Virus record (IMG/VR): IMGVR_UViG_3300043039_000093
Location: 1-46,600 of that record
Direction: 5' to 3' (one strand)
From: a virus
Taxonomy: Duplodnaviria; Caudoviricetes
DNA length: 46,600 bases
This document shows positions 26,101 through 33,656 of this stretch, piece after piece; positions within the stretch are counted from its first letter, which is position 1, and each line of letters opens with the position of its first letter. The notes below the pieces were generated by a model, which saw nothing but the letters and a program-made list of their open reading frames with translations, did no database searches and had not been told where the DNA came from. Both the position numbers and the translations under genes were made by a program.

Positions 26101-27053
26101 TAAAGACTCGTGAGGAACTAGCCAAAGACGCAGGTGCTTATACTGACGCATACAACATTGTCAAAAGAGACGGTCAAGCCACAGCGCAGCAGTTAGAAGA
26201 AGCGTTTGAGAAAACAGCGAAATCTAACATCGCATCAAATAATGGTGTCGTTGATGCGGTCACTAAGCGTATGGCAGCTGAACGCGGTGTCACTGTCGCA
26301 GTCGATGAGCAAGGCCGTGTCACATTTGAAAAAATGGGGCAAGCCAAGGCAGCAAACGATAATGTCACGCGCTCAGTCAACAACATCCGTACAGCTTACG
26401 ATGGCATATCTAGCAGCGCAGGCGGTGCAGGTAATGCCATGGTACGTGCTGCAAATGATGCGTCATCAGCTTACGATAAGTTGCAAGCCAAGATTAAGTC
26501 TGTCAAAGAAGCTCAGGCGCTTGAAAACGCTGACACCACGCTGCAGAACTTACGGATTTATGGCAAAGAGGAAGCGCCTGTAATAGCAAATCAATTTGGT
26601 TCAAAGCTTGCAGTTGAGAACTTTCTAAAATCGCAAGGACTATCCGAGGCAACAGCTATCGAGGAGGCGCGTAAACTCTACGCCAAATCCGGTCAGCGTG
26701 ACGGTGCCTTGAATATTGCAGGACTGCAAGGTTTTCAAGAAGGTCAAAACCTAACAGCTGCTGACTTGAGTAAGTTTAAATCAGACTCGGTTTATCTCGC
26801 TGAGATCGCAAGCCGTGCACGAGACAGAGAGCGGCAAACTGACAGCAATCAAGCAGCACGAACGGCATCAGCTCAAATCACAACGCAAGAATACGGACGT
26901 TTTGATACACAGCCAAGCTCAGTTAAAAAGATTGATGTTAACTTCAAACTTGGCGGTGCTTCGGCATTGGTAAGTATGCCAGAGAATCAAGAGTCATCAC
27001 TCATGGCTATATTGCAACAGCTACAAGACAGTAAAGCAATCGCAGGTTACTAG
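23169..27053 (+). CDS. tail tape measure protein (about 1294 aa)
   Basis: Ala-rich helical protein with tape-measure domain AITQLNQALASGILRGEEYNSISEQAPRL; RBS GAGG. Confidence 0.95.
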   Translation: MASDLDFNVQLRVLNEQFNRGIDSARDKFTQYAQSVQRNVQQMNTDTERASTMLAGLANVDASRLTSEIRATADQLRQMGAGANLSGDQIEAAMEASALQVTRLGRQLEVARSEALRLSQTNASPADLEQAAANVNRLEQELNGARSASVSLANELSGAMNRASTTADNARNALYRMANIRVPETIRGEIDSISRALVDFQNNSGRPAAEIERATRAAEEQIRRLENELNGVDDTIRRTDTSTGGLSGGVDKLKGAFGGLQGLLAAAGLGIGVAEIIETADAFKTLEARIKLATGAGAAFTTGFEGVKQIANETFSSIESTGELFAKISASAETLGLAQKDVLGVTKTINEAIKVSGGSAASADAAITQLNQALASGILRGEEYNSISEQAPRLLKAMADGMNVTRGELRGMAADGKLSSEVVIAALQSQSQVISDEFGSLPTTVGNSLQVVKNQLFNFVGEIDGTLNQTSKLAEAISYIGNSLEDLDPSLVSALTGVFQNTVETVVTLAKGVNGVYDIFVDLINTMTGGSADAAEQVGLITAALHGLNVFISFIKDGFSAIGVAAGFVVASLYGAMSDLANIAASITFGDISDGFKQTADELQAKSKETWDSAEQDVLDWESSGAQAIINAGKTAKEIYTEIAADSEATYRKMSEDAEATAEQQEAALVKYALDNIKANDNVVSDKLRVELAEKQLQAVIGDTGKASIESAKETTAAYLGVGQSFAEVALAGKEAGVSIRQSLYKAIEGANTKEAVEDIIISLRLMGNQGKISGEDSALGFELANSKLHLIQEQTDANMVAFTDYAAEVIQKSGGITEANKNVIRAQLEQRAAAMGLAVQMSETGDITVTELDKATLASTRTKEQIDELAGAVGVGLSKEFIKSSAGLDELISGFDDLTDAGYDAGGALVDSLTAMSDKASNTVEIEALIVKWNELYKEGKITGQELADGLEGVKNRADILKDGINGVTEAYGLLGLKTREELAKDAGAYTDAYNIVKRDGQATAQQLEEAFEKTAKSNIASNNGVVDAVTKRMAAERGVTVAVDEQGRVTFEKMGQAKAANDNVTRSVNNIRTAYDGISSSAGGAGNAMVRAANDASSAYDKLQAKIKSVKEAQALENADTTLQNLRIYGKEEAPVIANQFGSKLAVENFLKSQGLSEATAIEEARKLYAKSGQRDGALNIAGLQGFQEGQNLTAADLSKFKSDSVYLAEIASRARDRERQTDSNQAARTASAQITTQEYGRFDTQPSSVKKIDVNFKLGGASALVSMPENQESSLMAILQQLQDSKAIAGY

Positions 27054-27075
27054 CCACTCATTGAGTGGTTTTTTT
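27051..27075 (+). terminator. intrinsic terminator after the tape measure gene
   Basis: AGCCACTC-ATT-GAGTGGTT plus T-run. Confidence 0.8.
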
Positions 27076-27097
27076 ATGTCAAAAATTAGGGGGCGGT

Positions 27098-27490
27098 ATG
27101 CCGCAGAACACACCATTTCTAGACATCATTTTATTGAAGCTTCTCACATTTTTGCCAAAAGTGTTTGCGGCCGTAATTGGTGCGGTTTTTAGTCTTGTCT
27201 TATCGGGCGATATCGGCAAAGACGGTAAAATCAGCGTGACAACATCGGTCATCATGAAGTTTACCATTGCTGTCACAATCAGCTTATACGGCGGTGAGGC
27301 AACGATTGACTACTATCAGCTACAAGGGTATAGCTCGATGACTCATGGCGCTATCATGCTTGCGTGGGCAGTGTTTGGAATGCTGATGATTGGCATTGCT
27401 TATCAGTCAGTCGCACTCATGCAAGGCAAGTCGATATCAGCGATTATCAAAGAGATTAAAGACGCATTTTTTGCGATATTTAACAAGTGA
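27098..27490 (+). CDS. holin
   Basis: 130 aa, three hydrophobic segments, charged C-terminus, directly upstream of the endolysin. Confidence 0.75.
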   Translation: MPQNTPFLDIILLKLLTFLPKVFAAVIGAVFSLVLSGDIGKDGKISVTTSVIMKFTIAVTISLYGGEATIDYYQLQGYSSMTHGAIMLAWAVFGMLMIGIAYQSVALMQGKSISAIIKEIKDAFFAIFNK

Positions 27491-27506
27491 GTTAATCGAA
27501 TAACAT

Positions 27507-27529
27507 GCCCCTTAATTGGGGCTTTTTTT
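27507..27529 (+). terminator. terminator-like hairpin between holin and endolysin
   Basis: GCCCC-TTAATT-GGGGC plus T7. Confidence 0.6.
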
Positions 27530-27539
27530 GGGGAAAAAT

Positions 27540-28043
27540 ATGAGTATTTTTGAGAGTCTATTTAATAGATTGATGGAACACGAGGGCGGTTATGTTAATC
27601 ACCCAAGCGACCCTGGCGGTGAAACAATGTGGGGCGTGACAAAGCGTGTTGCTAGAGCACATGGTTATAATGGTCCTATGCGTAGTTTGCCAAAATCCAC
27701 GGCTCAAGCGATTGCAGATAAAGACTATTGGCAGGTTGTCAGAGGTGATGATTTGCCCAATGACGTTGCATGGCAAGTATTTGATGCGGCTTATAACCAC
27801 GGCAACCGACAGGCTATTAAGTTTCTACAACGTGCAATCGGCTTAACTGGTAATGATGTGGACGGCATTATTGGCAATCAGACACTAGACGCGGTTAAGT
27901 GCATGGACTCAGATCGAATTGTTTTGTTATTCATTGCTGAGCGTTTGCAGTTTTTTACCAATCTCAGAACATGGGGCACGTTTGGTAAAGGCTGGTCACG
28001 TCGCATTGTTGGCAACCTAAGATGGGCAGCAAAGGATAATTGA
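27540..28043 (+). CDS. endolysin, glycoside hydrolase family 108 with peptidoglycan-binding C-terminus
   Basis: EGGYVNHPSDPGGET.WGVT, FDAAYNHG, LQRA.G...DGIIG.QT, FGKGW.RR. Confidence 0.95.
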   Translation: MSIFESLFNRLMEHEGGYVNHPSDPGGETMWGVTKRVARAHGYNGPMRSLPKSTAQAIADKDYWQVVRGDDLPNDVAWQVFDAAYNHGNRQAIKFLQRAIGLTGNDVDGIIGNQTLDAVKCMDSDRIVLLFIAERLQFFTNLRTWGTFGKGWSRRIVGNLRWAAKDN

Positions 28044-28044
28044 T

Positions 28045-28521
28045 ATGCTATTAATTATGATTTATCGATACTGGCAATACGCTGTGATAGCAATCTTAAC
28101 TATCATGCTTGCTATCACGTCATTTTGCCTTCAAGATTCCAACAGAGAAATGCAGCTAATCAAGGTTACGCATGACCTAGAGACAGCTAATAATGTCGCA
28201 GAGACAAGCTTAAAGCTAGCTGAAATTATGCGACTAAATAATGAGAGGTGGCAAAATGCAGTCAATCAAAACGCACAGACACAAAAACAAATTGCTCATG
28301 AGTCTGCTACTAACAGCGCTATCGTTGACAGCCTGTCAGACACAATCGACAAAAACAGTACCGCCTATCTCAAAGCCGATGCCGATGCCCGAGCTGAGTA
28401 CACCGCTGCCCTCGCAAACGTATCAAAAGACTGTATCGGACAGATTACAGAGCTATCAAGAGTCGCTGACGGACACGTTGCCGATATCCGAATGATGCAG
28501 CAAGCATGGCCTAAAAACTAA
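28045..28521 (+). CDS. inner-membrane spanin (Rz-like)
   Basis: N-terminal transmembrane segment, coiled coil, C-terminal ADGH..D......AWP; follows the endolysin. Confidence 0.85.
   Translation: MLLIMIYRYWQYAVIAILTIMLAITSFCLQDSNREMQLIKVTHDLETANNVAETSLKLAEIMRLNNERWQNAVNQNAQTQKQIAHESATNSAIVDSLSDTIDKNSTAYLKADADARAEYTAALANVSKDCIGQITELSRVADGHVADIRMMQQAWPKN
28256..28495 (+). CDS. outer-membrane spanin (Rz1-like), fully embedded in Rz in the +1 frame
   Basis: RBS GAGGTG, MQSIKTHRHKNKLLMSLLLTALSLTA-C lipobox, Pro-rich mature part. Confidence 0.85.
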   Translation: MQSIKTHRHKNKLLMSLLLTALSLTACQTQSTKTVPPISKPMPMPELSTPLPSQTYQKTVSDRLQSYQESLTDTLPISE

Positions 28522-28523
28522 AC

Positions 28524-28555
28524 AAGCCCCGATTGTTAATTTGGCGGGGTTTTTT
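28524..28555. terminator. terminator at the convergence of late and leftward transcripts
   Basis: AAGCCCCG...CGGGGTTT plus T-run. Confidence 0.7.
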
Positions 28556-28567
28556 ATTTGTCTGAAA

Positions 28568-28807
28568 TTAGCACGTTACACCGTAGTTCTTCATGAGTGG
28601 CTGAAATATCTCAGCGCCACAAAAGTTACTGATCATGAATAGCAAGGTTATGATTATGATAAAAAAACCAACAGCCCACATGGTTAAGGTTAATGGCCAA
28701 TTTGTTAAATTCGGATTACCACAGTGTCTACACTCCCAATCAGAACGTCTTAGTCTGTTATTGCAATCTGGACACCGTTTATGATCAATAAGCAATTCAA
28801 TCTCCAT
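28568..28807 (-). CDS. zinc-ribbon plus transmembrane small protein (moron)
   Basis: CPDC...CRHC then one TM helix; promoter TTGCTG-17-TATACT on the minus strand (28857-28829). Confidence 0.7.
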   Translation of the reverse strand: MEIELLIDHKRCPDCNNRLRRSDWECRHCGNPNLTNWPLTLTMWAVGFFIIIITLLFMISNFCGAEIFQPLMKNYGVTC

Positions 28808-28865
28808 TTCAAGTTATTATTTTATGAAAGTATATATTGATTGTATTAGGTCAGCAATTGTCTGT

Positions 28866-30071
28866 TTAAATTGCTTTGAGCTTATCTAAATAGTCTGCCC
28901 ACGCTTGCATTAGCTCACAACGCTCATCTAGAAAGATGGTCCTATTATAGGCCCGACCGTGCATATCCCTAACATTGTGGCCCAACTGCATTTCTACCAA
29001 GTTCTCAGGATATTTTAATTTTTCAACAATCAGCGTTCGAGCTGTGGCCCTAAATCCGTGAACCGTTTGCTTGGTCCCGTCATAACCAAGACGTTTCAAC
29101 GCCTGATTCATCGTGTTTTCAGACATTGGTTGGACCGTGGTATGAATAGCAGGGAATAGGTATTTACTACGAGCGTGTAGTGACAGCTCACGTATTAGCT
29201 CAATAGCTTGGGTGGGTAGCGGTACGATTAATGATAGTCCGGTCCGTCTTTGAGTCTTGCGTGGTGTAAAGGTCCAAGTGCCGGCATCAAGGTCGAAGTC
29301 ATCCCACAGCGCATAACGCAATTCGCCACTACGCACAAATAGCATCGGCATCAACTTGATTGCCGTGCAGACCTCAAAGCTACCTTCATAACTATCAATC
29401 GCATTTAGCAGCACGCCTAGCTCTTTTGGGTCCGTAATGGTTGGGTGGTGTTTTGTCGTTGGCGCCTGTAATGCGCCTATCAAATCTTGGGTTACGTCAC
29501 GCTCACACCTAGCAGTTTGGACCCCATATCTAAATACTTGGCCTGCAATGGTCCGCATTTTTATCGCTGTCTCATAGTAACCTTGCGCCTCAGCGGTCCG
29601 ACATGCTTTCAATACATCAATCGGCTTAATGTCAGTAATGACCATATCCCCAATGTGCTTATTTAGACGTTTGAGCTGCCTATTGTTATTCGTGATAGTG
29701 GCAGGGCTGACGTTGCGCTTACGGCTCATGTAGTCATCTGCAATCGCTGCAAACGTGTTGTTAGATAATAGTTCTTGCTCACGTTCATCATTAATTTTCT
29801 GCTGCTGTGGATCAACGCCTTCAGCTAACATCGCACGTATCTGTTTGCGCTGCTCACGAGCTTGAGCTAATGACACATCAGGATAAAGGCCCAATGTAAT
29901 AGTGGCTCGCTTTTTACCAATAGGTCTCACATAATCCATACGCCATGACTTAGCCCCTAATGTGCTGACATACAAATACAAGCGCCCACCGTCAGCTAAC
30001 TTGTAAGCCTTATCTTGCGGCTTGGCTTGTTTTACTTGCGAGTCGGTCAATGGTTTTATTATTTTAGCCAT
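28866..30071 (-). CDS. int: tyrosine integrase, P4-like with N-terminal arm-binding domain
   Basis: LTD..VK.AKP..K.YKL.DG..LYL.V...G.KSW; catalytic R (VRSGE), HGFR, LGH, AYNR. Confidence 0.97.
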   Translation of the reverse strand: MAKIIKPLTDSQVKQAKPQDKAYKLADGGRLYLYVSTLGAKSWRMDYVRPIGKKRATITLGLYPDVSLAQAREQRKQIRAMLAEGVDPQQQKINDEREQELLSNNTFAAIADDYMSRKRNVSPATITNNNRQLKRLNKHIGDMVITDIKPIDVLKACRTAEAQGYYETAIKMRTIAGQVFRYGVQTARCERDVTQDLIGALQAPTTKHHPTITDPKELGVLLNAIDSYEGSFEVCTAIKLMPMLFVRSGELRYALWDDFDLDAGTWTFTPRKTQRRTGLSLIVPLPTQAIELIRELSLHARSKYLFPAIHTTVQPMSENTMNQALKRLGYDGTKQTVHGFRATARTLIVEKLKYPENLVEMQLGHNVRDMHGRAYNRTIFLDERCELMQAWADYLDKLKAI

Positions 30072-30140
30072 TTTGACGGTATCCTATTTGGCGGTATCGA
30101 TGAATACCGTCAATAATACCGTCATTTAACGTATAGATAA

Positions 30141-30170
30141 AGACAACTAAAGACAACTAAAAACGTCTAA
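30141..30170. repeat. 10-bp tandem repeats (candidate Xis binding sites)
   Basis: AGACAACTAA x2 plus degenerate AAACGTCTAA between the arm sites and the core. Confidence 0.55.
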
Positions 30171-30175
30171 GCAAC

Positions 30176-30207
30176 AAAAAACCCCACAACCAAAGGGTTA
30201 TGGGGTT
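30176..30207 (-). terminator. terminator downstream of the tRNA-like core
   Basis: Minus strand AACCCCATAACC-CTTT-GGTTGTGGGGTTTTTT. Confidence 0.75.
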
Positions 30208-30233
30208 CTAAAGCAAACTAAAAATATATTTGA

Positions 30234-30252
30234 TGGTGCGCCCACCAGATTC
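30234..30252 (-). other. attP core: tRNA 3'-end fragment (probably tRNA-Arg)
   Basis: Minus strand GAATCTGGTGGGCGCACCA: T-arm half, acceptor strand TGGGCGC, discriminator A, CCA. Confidence 0.75.
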
Positions 30253-30391
30253 CAAACTGTAAACATAAGATATTGATTTATATGGTTTTATTTATTGTTA
30301 TAACTGGCGATACCGTCATGGATACCGCCATTCTTTGAATTGGCTCAGTAATTTATACCAGTTCGAATCCCGCTTTTGGATTCTAACACGG

Positions 30392-30586
30392 TTATGCTTC
30401 ATCTTTCTCATAATCATTTAGCTTTTCAACTATGTCGTCAATTTTGACTTTAAGCCACTTGTTGGGTCGACCTTCTAAATCAGGCTCAGGTAAAAAGCCT
30501 TCTCTGATTTTAGCTTTTAAAGCAGTGTCACTCTTAAAGCAAAATATTTGCTTGATGTCACTAGTGGTGTAGTAGATACCTGTCAT
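30392..30586 (-). CDS. excisionase / AlpA-like winged-helix protein
   Basis: 64 aa next to attP; IREGFLPEP......KW pattern. Confidence 0.75.
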   Translation of the reverse strand: MTGIYYTTSDIKQIFCFKSDTALKAKIREGFLPEPDLEGRPNKWLKVKIDDIVEKLNDYEKDEA

Positions 30587-31368
30587 TATGATAGCTCCTT
30601 ATTATTAAACATTTGAATTATCTTATTAAGTGTTATAGGTGTGGCAGGTCTAGTAGTCCCTGTTGGACCAACAGCGCTACTGCCATTTAGTGCTGGCTGA
30701 TAAGCTAAGATGTATAGTGACTCCAATATGTCTAACTCTTCTTTCTGGCATGCAACAAAGCTCATGCTGTCGAAGTCTTTATCTTTATGACTAGCTACGC
30801 GACTGGCTATATTTATGCTTTGACCTATATAAACGATTTCATCGTCTTTTATCAAAAAGTAAACACCACAAGCATCGCCATAGGTTTTGGACTTTTCTAC
30901 AATTGCTGATTTTGGCAGTAGGTTGAATTTAGTCTGTTCAAGAATGGGTGCGATATCAGTTAAATTCCCCATCAACATATCAACCTCGCTCACCAGTTGA
31001 TCCTTAATTTCCTGCAGGTCTGCTATATCGGTTAGCAGGGAGCCATGCTGCTGGCTTAATATCTGACGGTATTCAGCCTGTTCTATGACGTGAGGTTTCT
31101 TGATTTCCAAGTTTCTATTTATTGCATTTTGGATCACGTCTCTAACCAGGTATAAATGTTTGTACCCACGGCCACCATTATGCTCAACTACTTCAAAATT
31201 GATTGGATGTTCCTTTGCTTTCAAACTTTGAATATATGAAGTAACGTGCATATCACCTATTCGGAATATTTTAGCCATCCCACCTGCTGTCATCTTTTTA
31301 TCTAGGATATTTCTATCAATAAAATTAGGTAGCGCTTCAAGGTCAATATCAGTTTCAATCGTTGCCAT
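30586..31368 (-). CDS. GIY-YIG nuclease domain protein
   Basis: GVYFL......VYIGQS.NI..R...H...LE..YI..YQP.LN at the C-terminus; central coiled coil. Confidence 0.8.
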   Translation of the reverse strand: MATIETDIDLEALPNFIDRNILDKKMTAGGMAKIFRIGDMHVTSYIQSLKAKEHPINFEVVEHNGGRGYKHLYLVRDVIQNAINRNLEIKKPHVIEQAEYRQILSQQHGSLLTDIADLQEIKDQLVSEVDMLMGNLTDIAPILEQTKFNLLPKSAIVEKSKTYGDACGVYFLIKDDEIVYIGQSINIASRVASHKDKDFDSMSFVACQKEELDILESLYILAYQPALNGSSAVGPTGTTRPATPITLNKIIQMFNNKELS

Positions 31369-31582
31369 TGGTAGTCACCTCTTTTTCATTGTCTATAATT
31401 TCTAGCGCATCCTTAAGGTCGCATATCCAAACTTCCTTATCTCTAATACGTGACTCCCCGAGTACCCATGAGTACGACTCAACACCTTCTGGCGCATCAC
31501 GCACGATACTGCGCGACTGCTCAATGCCATGTACATTTAAAATCTCATGCGCGTCATCAAGCGTCTTAATATCTCGTTTCAC
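31355..31582 (-). CDS. hypothetical protein
   Basis: 75 aa, RBS GGAGG, packed in the operon. Confidence 0.65.
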   Translation of the reverse strand: MKRDIKTLDDAHEILNVHGIEQSRSIVRDAPEGVESYSWVLGESRIRDKEVWICDLKDALEIIDNEKEVTTNGND

Positions 31583-31583
31583 A

Positions 31584-32114
31584 TCACCCTCCTTGTTTGC
31601 TAACTCGTTTTTTCATCGTCTTAAATGCAGCAACTGCATCTATTGCCTTCCAGCCGACAACTTTGATTTGTCGCTTGGTGTAAAAACTCTGATCTTTAAC
31701 GTCAAAACTCTCATTGCGGAAAAACGCTGTGCAAATATCAAACTCGGTGATTTCTTCGTCATCAAAGTGCGCGTGATATAGGACTAAGACATTGGTGTTT
31801 TGCTCAGGTAATTTCTCATCAACACTGATAAATTCAGGTAAGATATACGGCTGCATATGACTTGCATAGTGAGTATGCTCTGCCCAGTGCTTGCCATACT
31901 CGATGCTGTCAACCTCTTTAGGTTGACGACTACCATAATTAACAATGAAAGGCAATTCTCTTGAATTAGGGTTGTTTTTAATGTTGTATCTGAAAATAAG
32001 GTTGTCATCCGCTATCCATAACGCACCCTTATCGAGTTCACATACAGATGGGTCGTTTCTTACTTTTTCGCTTATCTCAGTCCAACTCAGCGCCCTCAAC
32101 GGTAAATTACTCAC
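31584..32114 (-). CDS. DUF551-like (Eaa/Ead-type) protein
   Basis: C-terminal ISVDEKLPE....VLV...V.GW; GTG start at 32114, 8 nt after GGAG. Confidence 0.65.
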   Translation of the reverse strand: MSNLPLRALSWTEISEKVRNDPSVCELDKGALWIADDNLIFRYNIKNNPNSRELPFIVNYGSRQPKEVDSIEYGKHWAEHTHYASHMQPYILPEFISVDEKLPEQNTNVLVLYHAHFDDEEITEFDICTAFFRNESFDVKDQSFYTKRQIKVVGWKAIDAVAAFKTMKKRVSKQGG

Positions 32115-32679
32115 AATCATTCTCCTTATCCAACTCATCAAAGACGTAGAAGTGCTCTGACTCCGTGTTGAGGTTGTAGCAGTCCTCTTGGCATGTTTCG
32201 CAATATTCACATTCGCAAGTGCTTCTATCTTCAGTCCAAAATGCCGAGTTGACCGATGTTTGGTTGAAGCCAAAAGCAACGTATTTGTCTTTATGCTTCT
32301 CAAGAATTTCTGCTTGCTCAGGTAAGCTACAGTAAGTTTCAAATTCAAAATTTTTGTCAAATGCGCGGTACGCATCTATCAGCTCGGCAAGCTCACTATT
32401 ACGAACAACATTTTTATCAAAAGTGGACAAAAGCACTATTTTTTCTGCTCTTGTTATTTCGTCAGTGTAAGGAAGCGCCCATAAATCATCTAAGCCCTCG
32501 CCAGTTACAGTTCTTGAGTAACTTTTGCCATTAGCCATTGGCTGTAATGGCTCAAGGTGTTTTTTTTCAAAATGCTCCCAAACCACGAAAGCACCTCTAA
32601 AAGCATTTTGTGTTTCGCCAATAAATTCAGCATTACCGTCGGCTTTGAAGCCGTATATTTCAGTTGTACTCACGACCAT
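32107..32679 (-). CDS. hypothetical protein
   Basis: 190 aa, acidic, Cys cluster CECEYCETC near the C-terminus. Confidence 0.7.
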   Translation of the reverse strand: MVVSTTEIYGFKADGNAEFIGETQNAFRGAFVVWEHFEKKHLEPLQPMANGKSYSRTVTGEGLDDLWALPYTDEITRAEKIVLLSTFDKNVVRNSELAELIDAYRAFDKNFEFETYCSLPEQAEILEKHKDKYVAFGFNQTSVNSAFWTEDRSTCECEYCETCQEDCYNLNTESEHFYVFDELDKENDCE

Positions 32680-33233
32680 TCTCCTTTATGCAAATTTTGC
32701 ATAGTGCTACCGCACGTTTCGCACACGCTTGGTAATCCCAAATCAATTTCTAGCAGCTCATCTGCTATGTTCTCGCGCTCGATTAGCGAGTTTTGCCAGT
32801 TGGTTGTGTCGTAGCCTTTAAGCATTGGCATTGTTGAGCCAGCAGTTGAGTACCAAATCCCCAGCTCTAAATTGTATTTAGGCTTGTCGCTAAAAAATAT
32901 AGACCGGCCATTAGCATTGATTGCTGCGTAATGAAAATGACTTGTCACATACTTATGATCAAACACTGACTGGTCGAGCTGCTTTGGTTTTGGCTTAACT
33001 AGCCCAAGTCGTACAGCGTGTCTCGCTAGTGACTCTTCCACAGCTACCGCATTTTCCTCACACTCGGCATCATACTCGGGGTCAGGTAGCGCATGATTTA
33101 GCTCAGTGGTCAGCTCATCAAGACAGGTTAGTGCTTTATCCATTTTTTTGATTTTCTGACGCATATCGTAGTTTTGAACTTCTAGCTTTCTAACTTTATT
33201 GGCCAGTCTTTTTTTGCTTATTTTCATATCCAT
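32670..33233 (-). CDS. hypothetical protein (coiled coil plus small phage beta domain)
   Basis: 187 aa; AAINANG..IFF..KP...W...WQNSLIER; terminal CETC. Confidence 0.7.
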   Translation of the reverse strand: MDMKISKKRLANKVRKLEVQNYDMRQKIKKMDKALTCLDELTTELNHALPDPEYDAECEENAVAVEESLARHAVRLGLVKPKPKQLDQSVFDHKYVTSHFHYAAINANGRSIFFSDKPKYNLELGIWYSTAGSTMPMLKGYDTTNWQNSLIERENIADELLEIDLGLPSVCETCGSTMQNLHKGEWS

Positions 33234-33236
33234 TCC

Positions 33237-33647
33237 TCACGCATAAATGCGTATGTAAGAGTTATCAAAGTCAACATCGTCATGTCCTTTCGACATCTTG
33301 TCTGCCATCTGTGCGGCAAGGTCAACGATGTTCTCTTTTGCTATTTCAGTTTCTGTAGCCCATTCGAGCTCAGCAGGTTCAATGCTTTTATCAAACTTAA
33401 AGAGCTTGACGCCTACCAAGTAGCGGCGCGGGTTCTTAAATATCTGATAGCTATTCTTTAGCCAGTCATCACATCGGATCACGTTCTTGCGAATAGTCTC
33501 ATCGTCTGTCTCACGCTTGAATGTGAGCTGCATATAACCAGTGAACGATTTGACGAACGCGCCATCATCGCGCTTCTGTTGGACGGCTTGGTTGCGCTTA
33601 CGCTGTGCTAGCTTCTTGCGCTTATCGCGGTTTTTAGGTTTTGGCAT
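33237..33647 (-). CDS. hypothetical protein with basic N-terminus
   Basis: MPKPKNRDKRKKLAQRKRN..., 136 aa. Confidence 0.7.
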   Translation of the reverse strand: MPKPKNRDKRKKLAQRKRNQAVQQKRDDGAFVKSFTGYMQLTFKRETDDETIRKNVIRCDDWLKNSYQIFKNPRRYLVGVKLFKFDKSIEPAELEWATETEIAKENIVDLAAQMADKMSKGHDDVDFDNSYIRIYA

Positions 33648-33656
33648 GACAGGCCC

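Larger units (their letters stand above)
30074..30330. mobile_element. attP region: arm-type sites, core, IHF site
   Basis: TGRCGGTAT/ATACCGYCA repeats at 30074, 30089, 30104, 30116, 30310, 30322; IHF consensus AATCAA-TATC-TTA on the minus strand (30266-30278); between int and xis. Confidence 0.85.

Noticed and set aside
30340-30385. tRNA-like words TGGCTCAGT and GTTCGAATCC near attP
   Set aside because: Spacing is too short for a cloverleaf and there is no acceptor stem or CCA; GAATCC...GGATTC is just a small hairpin after xis
32115-32375. N-terminal extension of the 263-aa ORF 31584-32375
   Set aside because: Overlaps the upstream gene out of frame; RBS spacing favours the GTG at 32114
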